Shown here piece by piece: positions 39,031-49,075 of a stretch of 64,000 nt of DNA. Source of the DNA: Parcubacteria group bacterium (GTDB taxonomy: Bacteria; Patescibacteriota; Minisyncoccia; SW-4-49-11); NCBI GenBank assembly GCA_943354045.1, contig CALRBF010000001.1:343598-407597 (forward strand), given 5' to 3'. How positions within the stretch are numbered: the first letter of the stretch is position 1; each line of letters begins with the position of its first letter. The position numbers were made by a program, and so were the translations under genes. The notes beneath the pieces are model-generated. The model made no database searches. It saw only the letters and a program-made list of their open reading frames with translations, and was not told the origin of the DNA.

Positions 39031-40794
39031 ATGTCGAACCAATATAATTTACTCAATTCCACTGAAAGCAAAATACCATCAACACTGGCAGATACTTGGA
39101 GAACCATGAAACCCCTTTTCATAGGAGAGGGCTGGAATATGGTTATCATTGTATTTACCGTACTCATCAATATTGGAACCAGTGTTGCTACACCTTATAT
39201 TATAACCAGAGCTATAGATGGGCCAATTGCTAATAAAGATATACAAACTCTAGGTATAATGTCTGGGGGATTAGTATTATTATTTATCATATCAGCCATT
39301 GCAGCCTATGGACAGGCAAGAATTATGGGATATGTTTCCCAAAGAGTATTATTTCGACTCAGAGGAACAGTATTCTCATCTCTACAAAGTTTACCTATTG
39401 ATTTCTTTAATCGTAATAAAGCGGGGGATTTGATTTCTCGTATTAATAATGATACCAATAAAATTAATCAATTTTTATCTGAGGGTATATTACGATTCAC
39501 CTCACTGTTTTTCTCCTTGATTGGAATCGCAGCTATTATGCTATATCTTAATTGGCAATTAGCGAGTATAGTGCTTTTGCTTACCACTGGTATTATTATC
39601 ATTACCCGAATTGCAACCCCGTATATTGAAGGAATTAATAAAGGAAGCCTGGTAGATCAGGGGTCCTTATCATCTGAAATACAAGAAGGATTAACCAATT
39701 TTAATGCTTTGGTAGCCTTTCAAATACAAGATTATTTTAAAGAACATTTTACCAATATTAGTGAGCGAGTATATAAGTCTAAAATAAAAGCTAATATATT
39801 AAATGATGGTATAGCACCATTATATAATTTTACCGCTAATATAGCGCAAATAATTCTATTAATAGTAGGTATTCGATTTATTTTAGCAGGATCAATCACC
39901 ATAGGATTATTAATTGGATTTCTCGCCTATGCTCAGAAATTCTTTGAGCCATTAAGAATATTAGGTTCTATTGTGGGCAGTCTTCAATCGGCTCTGGCAG
40001 CTTGGGCTCGAGTAAGAGAAATTATCTCACTTGAATCTAATCTGATTATAGAAGAAGCGAATGATAATAGTGACAACAAATCAAATGAATTATTAGCATT
40101 CAAAGATATATCTTTTGGATATGATGAAGATATGATTATTCATAATATGAGTTTTATTTTAGAAAAAGGAAAAACCTATGCCCTTGTAGGTCCAACGGGA
40201 GGAGGTAAAAGTACCACAGCCTCATTGATGGCAAGATTATATGATCCTCAACAAGGCTTAGTCAAATTATATAATAAAGATATCAGGACTTATACCGAAG
40301 AGGACAGAACTAAGATTATAGGATTTATACTACAAGAACCATTCTTATTCACCGGGACAATTGGAGACAATCTTAGATATGGTAATAGCGAATTACTCAA
40401 TAGTAGTGATGAGGAATTATTAGACAAACTCAAATCTCATAATTTGACTGAGCTTATGGATACTTTTGACAATGGTATAGAGACTATTATAGAGAATAAT
40501 GGTATTAGTATTGGTCAAAAACAAATTATCTCCTTTATTCGTACTCTTTTGAGAGAACCTGAACTCCTTATTCTCGATGAGGCTACCGCCAATATAGATA
40601 CCGTAACCGAGCAAAATCTCCAATCCATATTATCTCAATTACCAGATACAACTACCAAAGTTATTATCGCTCATAGACTTAATACTATCAAAAAAGCCGA
40701 TCAAATATTCTTTATTAGTGGGGGAATATTAACTCCAGCCGAAAATTTTGACTCCGCCCTTAATTTAATACAAAATCAAGAAGGGAGAAGTTAG
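39031..40794 (+). CDS. ABC exporter, fused permease-ATPase (half transporter 2)
   Basis: 6-TM domain, Walker A GPTGGGKST, degenerate signature ISIGQKQ, canonical Walker B LILDEATA. Likely heterodimer partner of 37301-39028. Confidence 0.8.
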   Translation: MSNQYNLLNSTESKIPSTLADTWRTMKPLFIGEGWNMVIIVFTVLINIGTSVATPYIITRAIDGPIANKDIQTLGIMSGGLVLLFIISAIAAYGQARIMGYVSQRVLFRLRGTVFSSLQSLPIDFFNRNKAGDLISRINNDTNKINQFLSEGILRFTSLFFSLIGIAAIMLYLNWQLASIVLLLTTGIIIITRIATPYIEGINKGSLVDQGSLSSEIQEGLTNFNALVAFQIQDYFKEHFTNISERVYKSKIKANILNDGIAPLYNFTANIAQIILLIVGIRFILAGSITIGLLIGFLAYAQKFFEPLRILGSIVGSLQSALAAWARVREIISLESNLIIEEANDNSDNKSNELLAFKDISFGYDEDMIIHNMSFILEKGKTYALVGPTGGGKSTTASLMARLYDPQQGLVKLYNKDIRTYTEEDRTKIIGFILQEPFLFTGTIGDNLRYGNSELLNSSDEELLDKLKSHNLTELMDTFDNGIETIIENNGISIGQKQIISFIRTLLREPELLILDEATANIDTVTEQNLQSILSQLPDTTTKVIIAHRLNTIKKADQIFFISGGILTPAENFDSALNLIQNQEGRS

Positions 40795-40856
40795 GAATTA
40801 GGTTCTATGAGACAAAAAAAGAGGGAGTGTTAGCTCCCTTTTTTAGTAGCTCAGAT

Positions 40857-41693
40857 TTATTTTAAGAAACGGATGGTGTCTGTCCAAGATAGTAGTTGTA
40901 AAGATTTATCTTTATATCCAGATGTGGCTCCACCTTCATCAACAGGAGGGTTTTGTATCGCAACATATTTTGAAGAATTAGTCTTATCTAAAAGAAATCC
41001 AGCATTAGCATTTCCGATACCATCACTTAATCTATAATATGGAGCTATATTACATTCTTTTTCATCATCATATTTTGTAAAAATATAGACAGCAGTATAT
41101 TGGTTCGGAGGAGTAAATGGCCCCGCATATCCATCCCTTAAATTCCAGTCTTTATATATATTGCTTTCCTCTTCAACAAAACATTTTTTAGTATTTGGCT
41201 TATTCAGAAACTGTTTTGTTATTGCCTGAGTCAGAGTATCATTTGGATTTTTATCAAACACCTCTAATGACTCTCCGTTTTTATAGCTATATTTTTCAAG
41301 ATATAAATAAACCTTATTACCTTCCTCTTTAACAAGTAGATTTTCATTCGGAGAAGCTAAATAAGTAAACCCAACACCAAGTTTGTCAGAATAGAATAGT
41401 TTAGTGTCTTTAGACTTCTTATCCATCTCAAAGATAGTATTAAGTTCATCTTGAGTATAAACTTTTTCTTTAGGAGCCTCTGGAGTAGGAGCAGGAGTAT
41501 TCTCTACAACAGGAGTTGTCTTTACTTCAGGAACTGAAACAACAGGCTCAATAGGATCAGCTACTTCCTTAGGAGAGAAATAGGGGATACCATATACTAT
41601 CGTAATAGCAATAAGAGCACCAACAATAACCAGAAGCGTAGCTTTGATTAACTCATAACGATGTTTTGGAGAAGTTCCAGGCTCAATTTGCAT
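40857..41693 (-). CDS. hypothetical membrane-anchored secreted protein (tandem paralog A)
   Basis: About 100 N-terminal aa nearly identical to the 41829-42650 product; C-terminal half diverged. Confidence 0.4.
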   Translation of the reverse strand: MQIEPGTSPKHRYELIKATLLVIVGALIAITIVYGIPYFSPKEVADPIEPVVSVPEVKTTPVVENTPAPTPEAPKEKVYTQDELNTIFEMDKKSKDTKLFYSDKLGVGFTYLASPNENLLVKEEGNKVYLYLEKYSYKNGESLEVFDKNPNDTLTQAITKQFLNKPNTKKCFVEEESNIYKDWNLRDGYAGPFTPPNQYTAVYIFTKYDDEKECNIAPYYRLSDGIGNANAGFLLDKTNSSKYVAIQNPPVDEGGATSGYKDKSLQLLSWTDTIRFLK

Positions 41694-41828
41694 ATAGTGT
41701 ATATATTTATTTAATACTATATATATTATATCATGTCTTTTTTAAAAATATAATATTAGGAAACAAATATAAAGAGTAAAATAAAAACACCTTTTGGGAA
41801 GGTGTTTTTATTTAGAAGTCTTATCTAT

Positions 41829-42650
41829 TTATTTTAATATTCTTAGAGAGCGTTCCCAACCTTCATTTCCTAACCCTGAACTAGCTATACTTTCTTGTCC
41901 AATACGAACAAATAGATATTTAGAAGGCACCTTAGAGTCTTCTGAAAAGAATTGCCTACCATTTGTTGCAGCATAGGTTTGTACTTTCTCTGGACAATTA
42001 GTAATACCTCCAAACCAAACATCACCATTAGTAGGAACAGGATAGAATATCTCAGCATAATTATATCCTTTTAACTGTTTTCCAGATGAATCTCCATCAG
42101 TATATTTTTGAGCAAAACATTTTTTGGCATCTACACCACTCAAGAATTCTTTAGTAATAGCTTGCTCTAGAGTATCTTTGGGATCTTTCGTAAATACTTC
42201 TAAATTTACCCATTCTGATTTAGTGCTCCCTTTTTCATAATAGTCTAGAGCAACTCCATTACCTTTCTCGACTGCAGAGATTTCATATATATTAGAAGGA
42301 AGATCTTCTGGTAAACTATAAGTAAATCCAACCCCAAGTTTGTCAGAATAGAATAGCTTAGTACCAGGTTTTTTCTTATTCATTTCAAAGATAGTATTAA
42401 GTTCATCTTGAGTATAAACTTTTTCTTTAGGAGCCTCTTGAGTAGGGACTGGCGTATTTTCTACAACAGGAGTTGGCTTTACTTCAGGAACTGAAACAAC
42501 AGGCTCAATAGGATCAGCTACCTCCTTAGGAGAGAAATAGGGGATACCATATACTATCGTAATAGTAATAAGAGCACCAACAATAACCTGAAGTGTAGCT
42601 TTGATTAACTCATAGCGATGTTTTGGAGAAGTTCCAGGCTCAATTTGCAT
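41829..42650 (-). CDS. hypothetical membrane-anchored secreted protein (tandem paralog B)
   Basis: See 40857-41693. The 5' DNA at about 42398-42650 is near-identical to 41441-41693. Confidence 0.4.
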   Translation of the reverse strand: MQIEPGTSPKHRYELIKATLQVIVGALITITIVYGIPYFSPKEVADPIEPVVSVPEVKPTPVVENTPVPTQEAPKEKVYTQDELNTIFEMNKKKPGTKLFYSDKLGVGFTYSLPEDLPSNIYEISAVEKGNGVALDYYEKGSTKSEWVNLEVFTKDPKDTLEQAITKEFLSGVDAKKCFAQKYTDGDSSGKQLKGYNYAEIFYPVPTNGDVWFGGITNCPEKVQTYAATNGRQFFSEDSKVPSKYLFVRIGQESIASSGLGNEGWERSLRILK

Positions 42651-42744
42651 AGTATGTATATTTATTTAGTACTGTATATAATCTATCATACTATTCCGTA
42701 AACTTCAAAAGCATGTTAGTATAGGTCAGATAATAAGAGTATAT

Positions 42745-43416
42745 ATGCGAATTAATAAGTATTTAGCCGATCAAGATATTTGTTCTCGGCGTGAGGCAGA
42801 TAGATTAATTCAAGAAGGAAAAGTTTTCGTCAATGGAATTGTCGCTGAACTTGGTGTAGATATCAAAGAAGGGGATAAAGTAGAAGTAATAGGATATGAG
42901 AAGCAATACAAATATTATGCCTATCATAAGCCAGTGGGAATCGTATCCCATAGTCCCCAAGAAGGAGAAAAATCCATACAAGATATTACCGACTTTGGAG
43001 ATGATGTATTCCCAGTTGGAAGATTAGATAAAGATTCTCGAGGACTTATAATACTTACCAATGATGGGCGTATTACCAAAAAACTCCTAGAACCAAAAGT
43101 TCAAATGGAAAAAGATTATATAGTGACATTGAATCGGCCTATTTCTCAAGCTGATATTGAAAAATTACGAGAAGGGGTCAAGATTGATACCGGTTATCAC
43201 ACCAAACCTTGTCGAATCAAGCGTATGAGCAATGATACTATCAAGATAACCCTTACTGAGGGCAAAAACAGGCAAATACGGCGTATGGCGAGGGCTCTGA
43301 GGTATAATGTATTAGATTTACTGAGAATACGCATTGGGCATATAGAATTAAACGATATCCCAGAAGGAGGATATCGTAAACTCAGCGAACAAAAATTATT
43401 AGAAGTATTGTCTTAA
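42745..43416 (+). CDS. Pseudouridine synthase, RsuA/RluB family
   Basis: N-terminal S4 domain (RINKYLADQDICSRREADRLI). Catalytic motif GRLDKDSRGLIILTNDG. Confidence 0.8.
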   Translation: MRINKYLADQDICSRREADRLIQEGKVFVNGIVAELGVDIKEGDKVEVIGYEKQYKYYAYHKPVGIVSHSPQEGEKSIQDITDFGDDVFPVGRLDKDSRGLIILTNDGRITKKLLEPKVQMEKDYIVTLNRPISQADIEKLREGVKIDTGYHTKPCRIKRMSNDTIKITLTEGKNRQIRRMARALRYNVLDLLRIRIGHIELNDIPEGGYRKLSEQKLLEVLS

Positions 43417-44216
43417 TTAGCTTCCTCGGCTAGGGTGAATACTTCATTAAGATCAGGATAGGTATGAGTATTTTTATTTAAATCAAATTTCTTTTTATCA
43501 TTAGCTCCCGTGAAATTCTCAAATAATTTGTCTCCCTCAGCAGGTGGGACACTAAGATCTCCTCTATACACAAATTGTCGTACTGGAATAGTAACTTTAG
43601 GAGCATAAGTTGTAGTAGGAAGAATATCTCCAGTAAATCCACAAAGAATAGAGTATTGTCTCTGACACATACTCTGAATACTACTAAAAGTATTAATTAA
43701 TATTAATTTACGAGTTTCTGGTCTCTCACTTGCAACATATACAGCTGGAGAACCTCCCATAGAATGACCTAATATAATAATATTTTTTGGATCAATACCT
43801 TTTGTAGTAACCAAATTATCATAAGCAAGTAAAGCTGCTTCATATACTCCATCAGTATCAGGAGCACCTTCTGATTCATGATATCCAGGATAAGCAGGGG
43901 ATACCACAGTTCCATATTGTACTAAATCAGCAAAGAAATCATTAATTCTTCCTGAATTTCCATGAAGATATAAAATAACTTTATCAGATTGTTTGTTTTG
44001 GTCAAATGTCCACAGAGAAATAGAGCGATTTTCTTTATCTTTTAGGAATTCAAGTTTATATCCAAAATTAGGTACGGGAGCCCAACTAACTTTGTTATTA
44101 AAAATCAGAGCAGTAGATTGGCTTGTCAAATATAATGATGCAAGTAGCCAAAGCAAAATAAGAGTTACAGGAATACCAAGTATCAAGTTCCATTTGCGTG
44201 AATTTGGGCTACTCAT
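43413..44216 (-). CDS. Alpha/beta hydrolase
   Basis: Nucleophile elbow GHSMGG, N-terminal TM, HG oxyanion-like motif. Confidence 0.55.
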   Translation of the reverse strand: MSSPNSRKWNLILGIPVTLILLWLLASLYLTSQSTALIFNNKVSWAPVPNFGYKLEFLKDKENRSISLWTFDQNKQSDKVILYLHGNSGRINDFFADLVQYGTVVSPAYPGYHESEGAPDTDGVYEAALLAYDNLVTTKGIDPKNIIILGHSMGGSPAVYVASERPETRKLILINTFSSIQSMCQRQYSILCGFTGDILPTTTYAPKVTIPVRQFVYRGDLSVPPAEGDKLFENFTGANDKKKFDLNKNTHTYPDLNEVFTLAEEAN

Positions 44217-44271
44217 ATCGATTATATATAGTTATTGGTAAGTGCAGTATCAAAGTACAGAGAGAATGAAA

Positions 44272-44757
44272 TTATTTTTGAGCTTCTTCTAAAGTCTCAT
44301 TATATCTACTAATATTTAGATAATATAATAAATGGAATACTAATATAATAATACTAGGGAATAGCCAAGCAGTATTAAATATAAATACTCTAAGTAGGCT
44401 CCCATCAGCTCCACTGGCAGCATCAAGAACTATCTTAGCAATAGTTGGGAATAAATAATATACTACCGTTAATCCAGTAAATAGGGGGATATTAGTAATT
44501 GGTCTTAACTTCTTAATCCTATTTGGTACATTGGATGACCAAAATAATAAAACAATACCAAGTGTTAAAGCTAAAACAGATGTAATTATCCTAAAGAACC
44601 ATATTATGAGATCGGCATCACTACCACCTGATGAATATCCAAATTGAACATATTGACGCAAAACATCAAATCCATTAATAAAAGCCCAACCTACTACCCA
44701 AAGAATAAATATAGTACGGAAAGTTGATTCAAATCGAGGGCTAAATTCATCAAACAT
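44272..44757 (-). CDS. hypothetical membrane protein
   Basis: 4 predicted TM helices. Confidence 0.35.
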   Translation of the reverse strand: MFDEFSPRFESTFRTIFILWVVGWAFINGFDVLRQYVQFGYSSGGSDADLIIWFFRIITSVLALTLGIVLLFWSSNVPNRIKKLRPITNIPLFTGLTVVYYLFPTIAKIVLDAASGADGSLLRVFIFNTAWLFPSIIILVFHLLYYLNISRYNETLEEAQK

Positions 44758-44834
44758 GGTTTTGGTATTAATTATTATTTTATATTAACCAATTTAATAA
44801 TAAGATAAGTTTATAAATATGTCAATGTGGATAA

Positions 44835-45719
44835 CTATCTGTTAGCTGAATTTACCTTTACAACAGAAACCTCAGCATTTGGCGCCGTGATAGTGATACT
44901 TTGATTTGATTCTAAAGCTATCCCATAGTCAGAACAAGCAACAGATCTTGATTGTGGATCTGTTGGGATGGTATATCCAATCTTTTTAAGGGAGCCAGAT
45001 AAGGAAGTTTCAGCACCCTGTAATATAGAGTATGTACATGGTGTCTCTCCACCAATCCTTAAATTTTGTGGAGTGGGAGAAAGTTTAGGATATGAAGGAA
45101 TTGCTTGAGGGTTTTGATCTTTAAGTATTAATATAGCATTTAAGATAGAATTTACATCTGCCAATCTCTTGGCATCTCTACTCTGTGGAGTTGTACCTGC
45201 AGATGGACTTTCATAATAAGGAATCGCTACTTTGTCTTTGCCAACTAAAAAGGATAATTCATTACTATAAATAAATCCTGATGATGTCTTTGCATAAGCT
45301 CTTACAAAATAGGTGTCGTCTCGATATAAATTATTAGCTGTAGTCTTTGTCTCAGCACCAGACAATACTACGCTCTGATCAGCCTCTATATATGAACTTC
45401 CCCCAAATATTTCAGTTAAAGGAGTGGTAGGAGTACTCTTATCCTGAAGAGATGGCTCTGGATTATTATCATATACAAAACCTTTTTCAATAATTTTTGA
45501 TTGATCTCCATCAATACGTAAAGAAAATTCAGCACTTTCACTGGTATAACTTTTAATTTCTAATAGAGTTACCGTGATATCTTTATTATCAATTTTATTC
45601 TGGTTATTAACTAGTACGAATATTAAAAACACACTAAACACGAAGAAAATAGGGACAAAAATTAATATAATAACAATAGGTAAATTATTTGATGAACTCT
45701 TAGATTTTACTGCAGCCAT
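44835..45719 (-). CDS. hypothetical membrane-anchored protein
   Basis: N-terminal TM, otherwise unrecognised. Confidence 0.35.
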   Translation of the reverse strand: MAAVKSKSSSNNLPIVIILIFVPIFFVFSVFLIFVLVNNQNKIDNKDITVTLLEIKSYTSESAEFSLRIDGDQSKIIEKGFVYDNNPEPSLQDKSTPTTPLTEIFGGSSYIEADQSVVLSGAETKTTANNLYRDDTYFVRAYAKTSSGFIYSNELSFLVGKDKVAIPYYESPSAGTTPQSRDAKRLADVNSILNAILILKDQNPQAIPSYPKLSPTPQNLRIGGETPCTYSILQGAETSLSGSLKKIGYTIPTDPQSRSVACSDYGIALESNQSITITAPNAEVSVVKVNSANR

Positions 45720-46150
45720 ATTTTTTCTGTTTATATTATATATAATAATTATACTATATTATATATAATTGTCTATTGCCCTAAAAATGTGGAAAAGCTC
45801 CATCAATGATGGAGCTTTGGGTTGAGGAATTTATATGAATATTTCATCTATCAAAATCACATTGTTTTTCTAACCAAGAATTTTCTGCAGAACCTATGAA
45901 TACATCTATAAAACCAGACATTTCTCTTACAGGGATCAGGGTAAATGTCTTAAAGCCGAATACTACTTTACCAGCTTTACTGCTCTCAACTCTACACATA
46001 AAAATGGGTCTAGGTTCATCCATAGCTGAAGATTGGTACAACCTTTATAAATTATCACAATTCTAAGATAAAACCAAGTTATCTACCAAGCTCTTGACAA
46101 AGTTTACTGAATGTACTATACTAAATGTATAGTAATTAATTTTATCTATT

Positions 46151-47017
46151 ATGAACAACTTCACCAAGGTTCGTCTGATTAGTAAAGCTACTTTGCAAAC
46201 TATCAAAGATAATCCTCGTATTATATTGCAAGCAATATTTTTCTTTGGTTTAATGCTGGTCCCAATCATAGCTTTATGGGGTTGGTTTATATCCCAATCT
46301 CCAATTGAAGAGTTCACAGAATCGGTTTGGGCTTTTCTGATAATTGCATCTATTGTCTGGGGAGGAGCTATTAGTTACTATTTTGAATTCGTAGCCACAA
46401 GAACACTGTTAAAATATTGGAATCATAAAGCTCAAAAAGTGAATATATTTCCAAAAGTTATGACTTATACCGGACTTAGCTTTGGGTTAAATACATTGGC
46501 AAACTTACTACCAGGAGTGTTGGGTGGGGTATATGGTATGACTGTACCTGCTATTACTTCACTTATCCCAGTCGCTGTATTAGATAATCCCGACAAATCT
46601 ATCAAACAAACATTACAAGACAATAAAGATATGTTTAGTAAAACTGCAGGGTATGCCGTATTCTCCCAAGCCTATTTAACTGTAGCTTCTATAGGGGTTT
46701 TAATACTATATTTAGCTGCTTTATTCATAATAGGGTTTTTAGTATTCTATGGATTAGATGTTAATACGGCTATTATCAATACTCCAGGACTTGATGGAAA
46801 TTGGATTATTACATTTTGGAATAATTATATGATATTCGCTATTTTATCCTTTATGCTGTCAATAGTAGCGGTATTATTCTATAGAGTATTGTCCTCTATT
46901 ATAATCTCTACATCATTATATGTTTGGTATAAAAATGGTAATAATCCAGCAGAGTTTCAAAAAGTTTTCTTAGAAAGAGCTCTAAGTGCAAAAAAATCAG
47001 AAATATTCTTCACATAA
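46151..47017 (+). CDS. hypothetical polytopic membrane protein
   Basis: Multiple TM helices. Confidence 0.35.
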   Translation: MNNFTKVRLISKATLQTIKDNPRIILQAIFFFGLMLVPIIALWGWFISQSPIEEFTESVWAFLIIASIVWGGAISYYFEFVATRTLLKYWNHKAQKVNIFPKVMTYTGLSFGLNTLANLLPGVLGGVYGMTVPAITSLIPVAVLDNPDKSIKQTLQDNKDMFSKTAGYAVFSQAYLTVASIGVLILYLAALFIIGFLVFYGLDVNTAIINTPGLDGNWIITFWNNYMIFAILSFMLSIVAVLFYRVLSSIIISTSLYVWYKNGNNPAEFQKVFLERALSAKKSEIFFT

Positions 47018-47029
47018 ATTATCAGAAAT

Positions 47030-47410
47030 ATGGAATTATCAAAGCAAGAGCAACAATTATTCAATGGTTGGAAGCAAGTCTTTATGAAAAGTATGTCAAC
47101 TTTTTGGATATTATTTAGCCTAAAATCTAAGCCCAAAAGAGTAGATGAGATGGAGGTGTTTATGGCGAGTTATAGTCAAAATAATTTTCAAATAGATAGA
47201 ATGAGTCTATATAGAGCCCTGAGAAAACTCTATGAATCAGGTCTCGTGATTTATGAAGACAAACATAATCCCTCAGGACCAAATTGGAAAATATATAGTT
47301 TAACAACAAGGGGAGTAAGCCTATTAGAAGTATTTATTTCAAAATGTATTAAAGAATCTCTCCTAAACCCATTGATAATACAAGAGTTAGAACTCGATAT
47401 ACTCAAATAG
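47030..47410 (+). CDS. PadR-family transcriptional regulator
   Basis: Winged-helix motif MSLYRALRKLYESGLVIYE. Confidence 0.55.
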   Translation: MELSKQEQQLFNGWKQVFMKSMSTFWILFSLKSKPKRVDEMEVFMASYSQNNFQIDRMSLYRALRKLYESGLVIYEDKHNPSGPNWKIYSLTTRGVSLLEVFISKCIKESLLNPLIIQELELDILK

Positions 47411-47412
47411 TT

Positions 47413-48564
47413 TTATGCTTTTTTGATCTCTCGGCGCAAATACCCAGGAATATGTATCAGAATTTCATAAGGAATAGTATCGCACATTTTCGCTATAGCA
47501 TGGGCAGAAATAGGGGAGGAATTGTCATTACTGATAAGCGTCACGATATCCCCAATTTGAATATTCGGTATATGAGTAATATCAATAGTAGTAATATTCA
47601 TACTAATGCGACCAATAATGGGGCATAATATTCCCGCTATCTCCACCTGTCCGATATTAGATAATCTGCGATCGACTCCCTCAGCATAACCAGCGGGTAT
47701 AGTCGCGATTAACATATCATTTTTGGCAATAAAGGTATTATTATATCCAACGGTATCACCTTTTTTGATAACTTTTATGCCACTAATGATAGAAGTAAGT
47801 GAGAGAACGGGTTTCAGTGAGAGTTTATTATTTTCAATAATACTAATTCCATATAATCCTAAACCTAATCGAGCAAGATTATGATGAGATTTGGCGGTAT
47901 GTATAAGCCCAGCGCTTGCTGATATATGATAATATGTGAGATCAGGAAAGGCAGTTTCAAAAAACCGAATACTTTGTTCCCATTGATTTAATTGAGCTTG
48001 ATTATATGTACTTATCTTATTATCCGCATCAGCAAGATGAGAGCATATACCTTGTAATTGTATAAAAGAATTATTTTTAATAATAGTAATAGCTTGATGA
48101 ATTTCAGTCGGTAATAAACCCTGCCGATGCATACCAGTATCGATTTTGAGATGTATAGAGATAGGACGCCGAATACTATCATTAATTCCTTGTAATTGCG
48201 CCAAACTTGTCACGGTAAAATATACATTTTTGAGGCGAGATTTTTTGATAATTTCAGGCAAAATATACCCAATAATGAGAATAGGGGATTTGATAGCGTT
48301 TTGCCGCAGGGTCAAAGCCTCATAATAAGAGTCTACAATAAGGAAGGGGGCATTAGGGGAGTCCAATATATGAGCAATAGGAATAAGTCCATGCCCATAA
48401 GCATTGCTTTTGAGTACAGGCGCAAATTGTATATCGGGATAGGCTTGTCTATATTCTCTCAAATTATGTAATAAGGCCGCCCCATCAATATGTACCGTAA
48501 TCAATGGGCTTATACGGGCAGAGAATAAAGATTTAATATAGCGAAAAGGGGATAATATATTCAT
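47413..48564 (-). CDS. alr: Alanine racemase
   Basis: PLP-binding VLKSNAYGHG and C-terminal beta-domain motifs. Confidence 0.85.
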   Translation of the reverse strand: MNILSPFRYIKSLFSARISPLITVHIDGAALLHNLREYRQAYPDIQFAPVLKSNAYGHGLIPIAHILDSPNAPFLIVDSYYEALTLRQNAIKSPILIIGYILPEIIKKSRLKNVYFTVTSLAQLQGINDSIRRPISIHLKIDTGMHRQGLLPTEIHQAITIIKNNSFIQLQGICSHLADADNKISTYNQAQLNQWEQSIRFFETAFPDLTYYHISASAGLIHTAKSHHNLARLGLGLYGISIIENNKLSLKPVLSLTSIISGIKVIKKGDTVGYNNTFIAKNDMLIATIPAGYAEGVDRRLSNIGQVEIAGILCPIIGRISMNITTIDITHIPNIQIGDIVTLISNDNSSPISAHAIAKMCDTIPYEILIHIPGYLRREIKKA

Positions 48565-48635
48565 ATAAGTAATATCAGTATAGACTTTTTACTCCTTATC
48601 TGCAAGCTTAAGCTATAATATATTGTCGTAATCTA

Positions 48636-48664
48636 TTGACAAAATAGGGTTTTTGTGGTATATA
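48636..48664 (+). promoter_or_regulatory. Consensus sigma70-type promoter (TTGACA - 17 nt - TATATA)
   Basis: TTGACA at 48636-48641, a 17-nt spacer, TATATA at 48659-48664. Drives the GC-rich non-coding region. Confidence 0.5.
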
Positions 48665-48671
48665 TAATAGT

Positions 48672-49066
48672 GTAAATTTGCTCTTTGCAAATGGCCGACA
48701 TCTCTTTCACAGCGTCCTCGGACTCGGAAAAGAGAGGGGAGAAAGTTCAACTCCCCCCCTTCCTCAAGGTGAATCGGGATCGGGTGAAGCTCGACCCTCC
48801 CCTTCCTCCTCGGAGGAAGGGGACGCTCTCATGGAGGGCTTTCATTGGGATCTCCGCTGCTTTGGCTGCAGGAGGTCTGATACTGGGGGATCGATGGGGG
48901 GCTCCAGTCCCCATTACCATCATCCCCCATCAGGGGAATGTCGGAGGGGTTTCAGCAACACCCTCAAGGGAGACAGGATTACCCCGTGTCTCACAACCCT
49001 CCCCCGAAGTCTACCAAGACTGAAGGAACTCTCATCTTAACTTAGCCCCCGCATTTGCTGGGGGCT
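48672..49066 (+). ncRNA. Candidate structured non-coding RNA (about 395 nt, unknown class)
   Basis: Consensus promoter upstream. An intrinsic terminator (GCCCCCGCA..TGCTGGGGGC plus T-tract at 49045-49075) downstream. About 58% GC. Many hairpins (CCTTCCTCCTCGGAGGAAGG, GAGACAGG..CCGTGTCTC). No plausible ORF; translations are low-complexity G/S/P-rich. Confidence 0.4.
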
Positions 49067-49075
49067 TTTTCTTTT

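Noticed and set aside
45844-46041. 65-aa ORF on the minus strand between two membrane-protein genes
   Set aside because: No recognisable motif or SD. Possibly a real small protein, but unsupported.
48678-49040. Two overlapping ORFs (120 and 112 aa) predicted inside the GC-rich element
   Set aside because: G/S/P/R-rich low-complexity translations; codon usage alien to the genome; no SD. Both frames are open only because of GC richness.
48672-49066. Tried to assign the GC-rich promoter/terminator-bounded RNA to RNase P RNA, tmRNA, SRP RNA or 6S RNA
   Set aside because: No P4 consensus (GGAAAGUCC, ACAGAAUCCGGCUUA). No tRNA-like T-arm plus CCA 3' end or tag ORF. The length is wrong for SRP and 6S. 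It is left as an unclassified ncRNA candidate.
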